Shown here piece by piece: positions 10,201-17,360 of a stretch of DNA of 63,832 bases (the first letter of the stretch is position 1; every line of letters begins with the position of its first letter). Made by a program: the position numbers and the translations under genes. The stretch covers positions 1 to 63,832 of the forward strand of contig DASTLQ010000016.1 of NCBI GenBank assembly GCA_035714785.1, written 5' to 3'. Origin of the DNA: Minisyncoccota bacterium. Its GTDB lineage: Bacteria > Patescibacteriota > Minisyncoccia > Phycocordibacterales > UBA9973. The notes beneath the pieces are model-generated. The model made no database searches. It saw only the letters and a program-made list of their open reading frames with translations, and was not told the DNA's origin.

Positions 10201-12987
10201 GGTATAAGTACCGCTAGAGTAATAAGAAAGATTTCCTCCCACTGTACTGAAATTAATCAGTGTACCGTCGATCACATTTACTGGAGTGCTTCTGTTTGTA
10301 GTAGTGGTGTCTCCGAGTTGGCCTTGATTATTTTGTCCCCATGCCCAGACTGTACCGTCAGATTTTATAGCCATTGAGTGGTATGCTCCTCCTTGTACCG
10401 CAGTAATATCGGTAAGAAAATCAGCGCCATCAGGACTTTTTACCTGTACCGGAGTATTTCTATTAGTAGTTGAATTATCACCTACTTGACCGGCGTTGTT
10501 GTATCCCCATGCCCATACAGTACCGTCGGATTTTAGTGCCCGACCACCGAACATTGAACTTTCAATTTGTGTTATGCCTGTTAGAAATCCTGTTCCTCCC
10601 GGGCCTACCGCTTGTACAGGTGTATTTTTTGCTGTGTTTGTACCATCTGCAAGTTGGCCATAACCATTTGCCCCCCATGACCACACTGTACCGTCTGATT
10701 TCAAAACATGTCCAGCACCCCCATTAAAAGGCTCTCCATCAGCTACAACCTGAATCGCGTCGGTTAAAAATCCTGAACCACCCAGACCTACCACTTGTAC
10801 AGGTGTTCTTCTTTCTGTAGTGGTACCGTCACCGAGTCTACCACTTCCATTATTTCCCCATGCCCATACTGTTCCGTCGGATTTCACTGCATACCCGCTA
10901 TGACTCGATGCTGCAATATCTACCACATCAGTCAAAAATCCCACTGCTCCAGGACCAAGTACTTGCGCTGGAACACTTCGGCTAGTAGTCGTATTGTCTC
11001 CAAGTTGTCCGCTACCATTGTCTCCCCAAGCCCACACTGTACCATCGGATTTTAATGCATATGATGCACCGCTAAAATATGCGTATGAAGGTTTGGTTAC
11101 TTTTATTACATCAGTCAAAAATCCAACACCACCAGGACCCACTACCTGCACTGGAGCATTTCTCTGTGTAGTTGAATTGTCTCCCACTTGCCCATACGAA
11201 TTGTACCCCCATGACCACACTGTGCCGTCGGATTTTACAGCCATCGCTCCAAAGTTTCCAGCAGCGATCTCTACTACATCTGTCAAAAATCCAACACCGC
11301 CAGGACCTTTCACTTGCACAGGATTATCTCTCTTTGTAGTCGTATTATCACCTAGCTGTCCCAAGTTATTTTGTCCCCAAGCCCACACTGTGCCATCGGA
11401 TTTTAATGCGTAAGAGCTACTATCTCCTGCAACTATTTTTGCAATTTCGACATCACCAAGCGCAAGCGCAGTATATGCCAATACTTGGATAGGTGAGTTC
11501 CTTTGAGTATTTGTATTATCACCAAGCTGGTTTGAACTGTTCAGTCCCCATGCTCGCGCCGTACCATCAGAATGAAGTGCATAACCGCTAGCACTTCCTC
11601 CGGCAATATTTACTATGTCAGTCAAAAATCCTGAAGCACCTATTCCCACCACCTGCACAGGAGCATTTCTCTGAGTTGTAGTGTTGTCTCCAAGTCTGCC
11701 TGATCCGTTTGATCCCCATGACCATACTGTGCCGTCGGATTTCAAGGCATATGCGTTTGCGTCTCCTGCCATCACTTTAGATACACCAGTCAGAAATCCC
11801 GTGCCACCTGTTCCAAGTACTTGCACTGGAGTATTTCTTTGAGTGACAGTGTTGTCTCCAAGTCTGCCTGATCCGTTTGATCCCCATGACCACGCTGTTC
11901 CATCAGATTTCACAGCGTATCCTGATGCATCTCCTCCAGCAATTTGCACCACATCAGTCAGGAATCCAACTCCTCCCACGCCCTGTACTTGCACTGGAGT
12001 AGTCCTCTGAGTTGTAGAATTGTCGCCGAGTCTTCCTGATCCGTTTGATCCCCATGACCATACTGTGCCATCGGATTTCAAAGCATATCCGTTTGCGCTT
12101 CCGCCTGCTACTTTTATTACTCCTGTTAAGAATCCCACTGCTCCAGTTCCGAGTACTTGCACTGGAGAGTTTCGCTGAGAGGTAGAATTGTCGCCTAATT
12201 GTCCGGAACTATTTTGTCCCCATGCCCAAACTGTTCCGTCGGACTTCACCGCGTATCCAGAATAATCTGCTGCACCGATAGAAACTACGTCAGTTAAAAA
12301 TCCGACTGCTCCAGGGCCAACAACTTGCACAGGAGTAGTCCTCTGGGTTGTAGAATTGTCGCCAAGATTTCCGTGAGCATTGTATCCCCAAGCCCACACC
12401 GTTCCGTCTGACTTAAGAGCATAGGCACTATTTTCTCCGGCCGCAATTTCAATTATTCCAGAGAGTACGCCCGTTCCTCCTGGACCGAGCACCTGAACCG
12501 GCAAGGACCGACCCGTAGTAGTACCGTCACCAATTTGCCCATAACCATTGTAACCCCATGACCACACTGTACCGTCTGCTTTTAGATAGTGAACAGTATT
12601 GCTGTTGGAAGCAATCATGGCAGTAGTCGAGCTACTGAGATCCACGCTCAATTCCACTGAACCTCCATCTGTAACGCGAGTTTGAGAATTTGTTCCACCA
12701 CTAAAATCTGCTTGGGAAGTTTTTGTATTAGAGAGTTGTGTCGGAGTGATTGAAATCGTGGAGCCCGCTTCCGTTCCGCTCTTTGACGAATACTGTGTCC
12801 AGTCTGTCTGATTCATTCCGTGCACTGCTCCGTTTCCAGTTGCCCCACCGCTCCAACTTGATTGCGTGTAATCATATGTTACAGCGCTGGCAACCTCGGG
12901 ACTAATTAATTGTCCCAAGATCATTACGATCGCAAGAACGGTTGAAAAAAATATTTTCCAGTTAACTCTCTTAATAAATGTACTCAT
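4288..12987 (-). CDS. giant secreted/surface protein (2,899 aa): signal peptide, 14 RCC1 blades, beta-sandwich modules, 2 Calx-beta, 3 Ig-like (DUF5011-type) + B-repeat-like pairs, 5 Fn3/PAP-N-like domains
   Basis: N-terminus KIFFSTVLAIVMILGQLISPEVASA is a Sec-type signal. There are 14 copies of KSDGTVWAWGxNxxGQLGDN...PVQV (RCC1). Calx-beta-like segments include AVDYTL..GETTGNISLNVIDD..ESDETVIITISNP. PVITLLGDNPM..VDPGATA.D.VDGDLT is Ig-like and occurs three times. The C-terminus has five Fn3-like units (e.g. SVAIVWTTNE..DGQVWYG). Confidence 0.9.
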   Translation of the reverse strand: MSTFIKRVNWKIFFSTVLAIVMILGQLISPEVASAVTYDYTQSSWSGGATGNGAVHGMNQTDWTQYSSKSGTEAGSTISITPTQLSNTKTSQADFSGGTNSQTRVTDGGSVELSVDLSSSTTAMIASNSNTVHYLKADGTVWSWGYNGYGQIGDGTTTGRSLPVQVLGPGGTGVLSGIIEIAAGENSAYALKSDGTVWAWGYNAHGNLGDNSTTQRTTPVQVVGPGAVGFLTDVVSIGAADYSGYAVKSDGTVWAWGQNSSGQLGDNSTSQRNSPVQVLGTGAVGFLTGVIKVAGGSANGYALKSDGTVWSWGSNGSGRLGDNSTTQRTTPVQVQGVGGVGFLTDVVQIAGGDASGYAVKSDGTAWSWGSNGSGRLGDNTVTQRNTPVQVLGTGGTGFLTGVSKVMAGDANAYALKSDGTVWSWGSNGSGRLGDNTTTQRNAPVQVVGIGASGFLTDIVNIAGGSASGYALHSDGTARAWGLNSSNQLGDNTNTQRNSPIQVLAYTALALGDVEIAKIVAGDSSSYALKSDGTVWAWGQNNLGQLGDNTTTKRDNPVQVKGPGGVGFLTDVVEIAAGNFGAMAVKSDGTVWSWGYNSYGQVGDNSTTQRNAPVQVVGPGGVGFLTDVIKVTKPSYAYFSGASYALKSDGTVWAWGDNGSGQLGDNTTTSRSVPAQVLGPGAVGFLTDVVDIAASSHSGYAVKSDGTVWAWGNNGSGRLGDGTTTERRTPVQVVGLGGSGFLTDAIQVVADGEPFNGGAGHVLKSDGTVWSWGANGYGQLADGTNTAKNTPVQAVGPGGTGFLTGITQIESSMFGGRALKSDGTVWAWGYNNAGQVGDNSTTNRNTPVQVKSPDGADFLTDITAVQGGAYHSMAIKSDGTVWAWGQNNQGQLGDTTTTNRSTPVNVIDGTLINFSTVGGNLSYYSSGTYTSPVVDMGSSVSLSTVDYSRVLYGQTITVDVRAGNTPSPDGTWSSWQTNLASGADISSIAPARYVQFRANLSTSNITVTPSFDSITFNYTTYTSGDLTSSVFDTADATSLFGKILWSATNTSGTETVKFQVRSSPNNSTWTSWCGYADCSGSTYFEQAHNDVSLQAGHPLMGGDNDRYLQYKVFLASGGGVSPVVTSISFKYVINVAPNFNTSYPAEAGSGSTASQVTDSGSADFAKVAISYSVRDVDATLGTATPGQVLPSFEYSVNGGSTWNAIPSDHLGASDVSLKSVEEAAYTVHTATWNAALTIPETSINNARVRVTVSDGEAANSTAVSTTANFTLDVKAPVVTPVTFDAGVAGLTDSATITIPMPTDLSAVEYLISDDSATHSNPTNTGWTAITESTTIPWTFDSDIEVKTIKYQFRDALGNTSAEVSTSTQAPIAASSFFVQDASNLAIPSYDIYVGWESAGASGFSSYNLEFSTSADNITYGSFTSVAESWNSNPTTNYFVHRNLNPNLYYRYRLGVVGTNDNVSIRAGAFTTAKPDGVQNYDEGGGGIVASASAVENVEPIQEADKTVTITYRLTDASNAQKTNPSYEAYIFYNIGITLPANALSGGNLTVSNASKLPSSGYIQINNEVIKYTTKTGNVLGGLTRGTWPDLNTSGRTTRTNPTLFAGTPVWILANSTTPIAITNTTIPAGQNGSISWNTFNETALAGSAYANTGIRVLVHDNQSPSAGPLSTHNDYSEIGILNNFDLTAPSIAFDSTSASGDEAVASVLIPLSVARAYPLDISVNYAVTGTATSAVDYTLANGVFTLLAGETTGNISLNVIDDVASESDETVIITISNPVNTTLGGNTVFTYTILDNDGAPTVSFAEGTSSSAESAGTVNIPVNLSFSYREEVSVAYAVTGGTATAGDDFVLASGTLVIPSGSVSGNISASLVSDGLIEPDETVIISLSGPVNATLGANTTHTLTIVNSDEDGTAPVITLLGDNPMNIYRDAIFVDPGATSLDAVDGDLTEGIVVTGSVDSATIGTYTLTYTSTDTSDNVATLDRTVNVTLAPTYDITSSAGANGSITPLGVTAVTTTANQAYVVTPAEGYAVATLVVDGVSLNPTANLVSGTTYTFTNVINTHTISVTFILVEELDTTPPSITILGNNPMSVVRGEAFVDPGATASDVVDGDLTSAITKTGTVNTTAIGSYAITYRVEDAAGNVATAVRTVNVVLADTYNITATAGAGGTITPDGVTAVASTTSQAYTITPEENYEVATLVVDGISLAPAQSYTFTNVTETHTISVTFVNSSIVPPIITILGDNPMNLDTGNVFVDPGITATEADGVTAITDPEKISVFMTASNGAVLNSIDTTVGSSGNIITYRVTGSDGGIATATRTVNVEDVSPPVISNISTPIVTSDSVAIVWTTNEVADGQVWYGTTSGVHGSSSNLNANLVVTHLITLTELTPETTYYYIIESTDAEGNKATSEEQSFTTPEIEVTIISSGGGITGVMQSVYDALLAEYNLMKARAGEQDKVVPNISNLEVTGITPFSAIISFDIDKDAMGFVEYGKTTIYDFTVANRNFERKHSIKLHGLTLGTDYSIRVSAMDKYGNISTPVEQVFKTKFLSETMDELQNIENIEQFQKEIEAAIESILPSLVPPFLDRPEISSITENSAVIKFKTNIKAFPLISFADEAHYEASRNLDNPYAGEISDTSAKNLEHEMQLIGLKPDTRYNFMAKAFSLPQVIGKSANYTFITAAPKIRASVIDIKKDSFVILWNTDEPSTSIVQYKNMTTGVTSRISDETRTASHSVHVQNLRPGTSYEVTVSGLNSRGNLIEGGSPITVRTQTDSTPPVISNLKVESNLVTGRTDRVQTIISWQTDEPSDSIVYFEEGSGSSTKELSGKIVNPELTKNHLVILSAMKPATVYRFAVSSTDDANNTVKPPVRTFITPRKSESIVDIIFKNFDDTFNFINNVR
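10265..12600 (-). repeat. tandem coding repeats of about 165-168 bp (RCC1 blades)
   Basis: An identical 44-mer gtgttgtctccaagtctgcctgatccgtttgatccccatgacca occurs at 11681-11724 and 11849-11892. A third close copy lies near 12035. The 14 units give 55-56 aa periodicity. Confidence 0.85.
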
Positions 12988-13334
12988 GGTTATGTTTGTG
13001 TGACTAATAATTATTATAATAATTTAATTATAAAATTTATGAATATATGACACAAGCAAATTTCACCAATTCTTAATGGCAATAATTGAGAGCAAATATG
13101 AGGAAAATTTTTGAGCAAAATTTTTAGTGAAAATGGATAATAAGCGAAAATTTTTTTACCTTTGGGGTCGAAAAATTTTGTTATTTCGGAGAGGAAAATC
13201 ATCCAGACAGAGTGGTCTTCACTGACAATATATAGTAGAAGAATCCTCCTTAATCCAACCCCCCTGGACTTTTTTGTATTTTTTCTAATTTGGTGACTAT
13301 TTTGAGAATTCTGTAACAAACCTTTATAAAAATT

Positions 13335-13396
13335 CTAAACCTTACTAAAGTAAGGGTCGGAATTACGAAAAATTTTAGTTGTTTAGTAAGGTTTAG
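13335..13396. promoter_or_regulatory. 15-bp inverted repeat (candidate operator) in the divergent promoter region
   Basis: ctaaaccttactaaa at 13335-13349 and its exact reverse complement tttagtaaggtttag at 13382-13396. An inner palindrome ccttac-taaa-gtaagg is also present. TATAAT-like atataat at 13401-13408 lies just before ATG 13414. Confidence 0.45.
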
Positions 13397-13413
13397 TAAT
13401 ATATAATATACGC

Positions 13414-13716
13414 ATGGAGAAAAAATACCTTACTATCAAAGAAGCCGCCAAGAAGCTTGGTGTATCATCTCTCACTCTTCGCAACTGGGACAACGCCGGC
13501 AAACTCACCGCTTACAGGCATCCTATAAACAACTATCGTGTGTATCTAGCCATGGAAATTGACGAAATAATTTCCAAAATTGAGAACGGCGAGAAGCCAC
13601 TAAAGCACTCTCGTGAACCAAAAAAATCCGTCAAAAAATCACATACCAAAAACTCCGATTCCGGAGTTATCCACATCCATTCTGTGAAATGTGAATGTGA
13701 AGAGCACCACCACTAA
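13414..13716 (+). CDS. MerR/excisionase-type HTH DNA-binding protein with Lys-rich linker and Cys/His-rich C-terminal tail (100 aa)
   Basis: YLTIKEAAKKLGVSSLTLRNWDNAGKLTAYRHPINNYRVY matches the MerR/HTH_17 fold pattern. The tail is IHIHSVKCECEEHHH. Confidence 0.8.
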   Translation: MEKKYLTIKEAAKKLGVSSLTLRNWDNAGKLTAYRHPINNYRVYLAMEIDEIISKIENGEKPLKHSREPKKSVKKSHTKNSDSGVIHIHSVKCECEEHHH

Positions 13717-13798
13717 TTGTAAGGCCACCACCCTTACACGACTTGCTTGACAAAAGATTTCGTTGTGCTATAATATATGTAAATAATTTGGAGTACAA

Positions 13799-13924
13799 AT
13801 GAGTTTCACTGATTTTATAGATATATTAAATTTTCAAATTCTTGGTGGACCCCGAGTGATTCATCTGATTTTGATTTTAGTAATATTATTTTTAGTGGGA
13901 GGGTTAGTCTCATTTAAAAAATAA
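13799..13924 (+). CDS. possible small membrane protein (41 aa, MSFTDFIDILNFQILGGPRVIHLILILVILFLVGGLVSFKK)
   Basis: TTGACA 13747-13752, 16-nt spacer, TATAAT 13769-13774. GGAG at 13790-13793 lies 5 nt before ATG 13799. A terminator follows immediately. Confidence 0.45.
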   Translation: MSFTDFIDILNFQILGGPRVIHLILILVILFLVGGLVSFKK

Positions 13925-13932
13925 AAAATTAG

Positions 13933-13956
13933 GCGCAGAGAAATCTGCGCTTTTTT
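13933..13956. terminator. bidirectional intrinsic terminator
   Basis: GCGCAG-agaaat-CTGCGC followed by TTTTTT, with an A-tract upstream. It lies between the convergent small ORF (+) and murF (-). Confidence 0.7.
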
Positions 13957-13968
13957 ATTTCGCTTTTT

Positions 13969-15261
13969 TTATTTCTTCTCCAACCACTCTTTATCTTGGC
14001 GAACTAAAAGTTCAGATTTATTTTTTTGATCTAAGAGGATAGCTTCCACTGCCCTCTCCATTCGCATACCTTGTGAACCTTTCAACAAAACTAGATCTCC
14101 GGCACCAACATTCTGTTTCAAAAATTCTCCGGCTTCTACTGAGTTTGAAAATTGAAAAATCTTTTCGATAGGCATTCCTGCTTCGATTGCTCCTTCGCGG
14201 ATTTTTTCTGCGCGAGGTCCGACTACCACGAGCATGTCAGAATTTTCTGCAGACAATTTTCCAACAGTCTTGTGCGCTTCTTCAGTGTGCTTTCCTAGCT
14301 CCAGCATATCTCCAAGCACTGCTATCTTTCTCATTGCCTTCACTCCCCCTAAAGTTTTGATTGCAGCTTCACTAGCAAACGGTGACGAGTTGTATGTATC
14401 GTCTATGATGAGTGATCCATTTATTCCATCAAGCAATCTCATTCTACCCGGGGGCACGTCGTGATTTTTTAGAGCCTGCGCTGCTTCGAGCATTTTCCAT
14501 TTCATACCGGAGGCTAGAGCAAGAGTGGCAAGTGATGCATAGATGTGATTTCTTCCAAATACTCCTTCGATGATTACGGGAATACTCATCCCTCCTTCGT
14601 CTACTCGAAAGATCACTCCTTTTGGTTTTCCTGCTTCGTCATAGAAAACATTTTCTCCAGAAGCCTGCACTTGTACGTCATCGCTAAATCCATAAGTCAC
14701 GATTCTGTTCTTGGTTTTTTCTTTCATTCCCAAGATGGCTTCATCGTCGGCATTAAGCACCAAGAGTCCGCCAAAACGCAAAGTATCGATCAGTCCGCTT
14801 TTTTCTTCGATTAAATCTTTTCTAGAATTATAAAATTCAATATGAACAGGAGTGTCGCCGATGGCAGTCATGATCACAGCATCGGTCTGTAGCCACGAAG
14901 CGGTAGTTTTCATGTCTCCGGGCTTTCCTACCCCTACTTCTAGTACAAGCCATTCTGGATACTTATGAGGCCACAGAAAGAGCCACAGCCCTTTCAGGAT
15001 ATTCTTTGCCCAGATTGTAGGGCTATTCCATCCATTTGGAAGACCTAGGATAGTGAGCGGAAGGCCGAGCTCGCTGTTGTAGCTCTTTTCGCTTTTTCTA
15101 ACGTATGCGATTTCTTTTAGAGCCGAATACACTGCATCCTTGGTAGATGTCTTTCCCACAGAGCCGGTAATAGCGATTATCTTTGGACGATATTTCCAAA
15201 GTACGAGCTCAGACTCAGCTCTTAGAATCATTGCTAAAGATTTTTTTACATTTTTTCTCAT
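13969..15261 (-). CDS. murF: UDP-N-acetylmuramoyl-tripeptide--D-alanyl-D-alanine ligase
   Basis: Mur ligase P-loop ITGSVGKTSTKD and the MurF-typical DDTYNSSP motif. Located directly downstream of ftsI in the dcw block. Confidence 0.85.
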   Translation of the reverse strand: MRKNVKKSLAMILRAESELVLWKYRPKIIAITGSVGKTSTKDAVYSALKEIAYVRKSEKSYNSELGLPLTILGLPNGWNSPTIWAKNILKGLWLFLWPHKYPEWLVLEVGVGKPGDMKTTASWLQTDAVIMTAIGDTPVHIEFYNSRKDLIEEKSGLIDTLRFGGLLVLNADDEAILGMKEKTKNRIVTYGFSDDVQVQASGENVFYDEAGKPKGVIFRVDEGGMSIPVIIEGVFGRNHIYASLATLALASGMKWKMLEAAQALKNHDVPPGRMRLLDGINGSLIIDDTYNSSPFASEAAIKTLGGVKAMRKIAVLGDMLELGKHTEEAHKTVGKLSAENSDMLVVVGPRAEKIREGAIEAGMPIEKIFQFSNSVEAGEFLKQNVGAGDLVLLKGSQGMRMERAVEAILLDQKNKSELLVRQDKEWLEKK

Positions 15262-15295
15262 ATATATTTTTTAAAGCGCGGTGCTCCGCAGATTT

Positions 15296-17011
15296 CTATC
15301 TATCAGGAGGCACTTCATAGTAATTTATCAAAAATTTTGACAGGCTTAGAAACGGATCTACCCATGTCTGTGAAGCATACTGTGTTCCTTTTGGATTTGT
15401 TGCGTACAGGAGCACGATAAACCTCGGTTCGTAAGCTGGGAAATACCCGAAGAAAGAGTGGGTATTCCTGTCGGCATAGTAACCTCCTTTTACGGGATCT
15501 GCAACCTGAGCAGTTCCTGTTTTTACTGCCATACTGTATCGATCCATTTTCGCTTTTCCGCTCTGAATTCCATCATCCATGATGTTTACGAGCATTCTAG
15601 TGATTTCCTCTGATGTTTCCGCGCTGATTTTAGACTGAGAAGTGGGGTACTCTATAATTTCTTCCTTTCCATTTTCGTATTTAATTTTCTTTACCAAGTG
15701 AGGAGTGACCAATTTTCCACCGTTTCCAAGTGCTGCCAATGCTCGAATCATTTCTACGGGAGTGAGAGCAATACCCTGTCCAAAGGAAGCGTTTGCATAC
15801 TCTAGATCTCTAGGGGAATTTAGATTTGTGACCAAGCCACCAGTTTCGTTTGGTAAATCGATACCAGTTTTTTCTTTTATTCCATATGAAAGAAGATACT
15901 CACGTAGATTTTCTTTACCAAGCTTTCTATAAGTGAATACCATTCCTGTGTTGAGTGACTGACTCAATGCTTCTTGAATGGTCACCACTCCTCGAGCTTT
16001 TCTATCGAAATTGAAAATCTCTTTTTTTTCTACTTGAACAGATCCCCGATCATCATATGTAGTATTTGCCGTAATCACCCCACGATCAAGCCCTGCTGCG
16101 ATTACAAGCGGTTTTACGATCGAACCGAACTCAAGCACATTTTCCACTAATGGATTAGAAAAAATACTATTCGAGCTAGCTTTAGAAAAATTGTTTGGAT
16201 CAAATGACGGCAAGGATGCCATAGCATATATAGAGCCATCTATTGGATCCATGATGATACCTCCCATAGTATCTACTCGATATTTTTCTTTTACTTCAGA
16301 GAGCGTTTTTTCAAGAAATCCTTGCACTATTGGCTCTATAGTAATCACTATGTCGCCTTTTTTTGTTTTTGTTTCAAAAAGTGATTCGCTGATGTTTGAA
16401 AAAACTTCTGCAAAGAAATTTACATATGGTTCATCTTTGTCGCGCGAGAGAAGCTCATCGTACTGTCTTTCAAGGCCATAGCGCCCGCCCAATTCTTCAC
16501 CCCTATATCCCACAAATCCTAAGGTCTGAGCAGCCATTTCGTTCCCAGGATAGAATCTCCATTTTTCCCGATATATCATCACCCCTGACATGCTTTGAGA
16601 AGAAATTGTATCAGCCTGTTCCTTTGTGAGTCTATTTGATATTTCTTCGTAAGGATCATCTTTCTTGCTTGCTTTATCTAAAAATGATTTTTGATCAAGA
16701 GTCGGAATGACTTCTTTTAAGGCATTAAAAACTTTTTCATCATTGGAAAGTTTACCCGGGATGATGGCCAGTTTAAATCCAGTAGACTGGGTGGCCGCCG
16801 AAACTAGCTCACCGTTTTTCTGTTCAAAAAAAATAGTGCCACGCTCAAAAAGTAGCGAGGCGTTGGTGGCATACTGTCGATCAGCTCTGTTCGAATATGA
16901 TTCCGAGTTTACAACTTGTACTAAAAAGAGTTTGGTGATTAAAACACCCGCACCGAAAATTATTACAAAAATAAGAATTCTATCTCGGGAGAAAAAACTC
17001 TTAAATTTCAT
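15296..17011 (-). CDS. ftsI: penicillin-binding protein, class B transpeptidase (FtsI/PBP2-like)
   Basis: N-terminal TM anchor, SxxK (SIVKP), SxN (SQSLN) and KTG (KTGTA) motifs. dcw position after ftsL. Confidence 0.9.
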   Translation of the reverse strand: MKFKSFFSRDRILIFVIIFGAGVLITKLFLVQVVNSESYSNRADRQYATNASLLFERGTIFFEQKNGELVSAATQSTGFKLAIIPGKLSNDEKVFNALKEVIPTLDQKSFLDKASKKDDPYEEISNRLTKEQADTISSQSMSGVMIYREKWRFYPGNEMAAQTLGFVGYRGEELGGRYGLERQYDELLSRDKDEPYVNFFAEVFSNISESLFETKTKKGDIVITIEPIVQGFLEKTLSEVKEKYRVDTMGGIIMDPIDGSIYAMASLPSFDPNNFSKASSNSIFSNPLVENVLEFGSIVKPLVIAAGLDRGVITANTTYDDRGSVQVEKKEIFNFDRKARGVVTIQEALSQSLNTGMVFTYRKLGKENLREYLLSYGIKEKTGIDLPNETGGLVTNLNSPRDLEYANASFGQGIALTPVEMIRALAALGNGGKLVTPHLVKKIKYENGKEEIIEYPTSQSKISAETSEEITRMLVNIMDDGIQSGKAKMDRYSMAVKTGTAQVADPVKGGYYADRNTHSFFGYFPAYEPRFIVLLYATNPKGTQYASQTWVDPFLSLSKFLINYYEVPPDR

Positions 17012-17354
17012 TTTTTAGAGTAACTAAGCTTCCGAGAGATTTGCGAGTAGCGTATTCTGGATGTGCTTCTTTGTAGCCAAGAGAGAGGGATAAATTTAGG
17101 TCTATACTATCAGAAACCGAAAGATATTTTACCTCAAGAGCACTTACTTCGTTTGCAAGACTTCTTGCTTCGCTCTCTAGCGCTTTTCTATCTACGATAT
17201 CAAAAACAAGTCTACCTAAAAAGAGTACATACATGAAGGCCAGAGCTCCAAGGGTGAAGAGTAAGGCATGGAGAATCCTCCTATTGAGCTCTCCACCATT
17301 CACCACTCCCGCATTCGCTATTCCTCTTTTTATTGTTAGACTTGCTGTTTTCAT
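17001..17354 (-). CDS. ftsL: FtsL-like cell division protein (117 aa)
   Basis: Single TM (LHALLFTLGALAFMYVLFLG) followed by a coiled-coil-like segment. Canonical slot between rsmH and ftsI, with an 11-nt overlap with ftsI. Confidence 0.6.
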   Translation of the reverse strand: MKTASLTIKRGIANAGVVNGGELNRRILHALLFTLGALAFMYVLFLGRLVFDIVDRKALESEARSLANEVSALEVKYLSVSDSIDLNLSLSLGYKEAHPEYATRKSLGSLVTLKNEI

Positions 17355-17360
17355 TATTAT

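Noticed and set aside
4353-12987. Many plus-strand ORFs of 60-140 aa inside the giant gene (for example 5293-5652, 5945-6355, 8945-9367, 10994-11413).
   Set aside because: They are antisense to an uninterrupted 8.7-kb ORF with clear domain repeats. They mirror the repeat structure (reverse-frame echoes) and lack start contexts.
13014-13319. A 101-aa minus-strand ORF in the giant-gene leader.
   Set aside because: It has a low-complexity, AT-driven composition, no RBS, and sits in the promoter/leader region between divergent genes. It is most likely non-coding.
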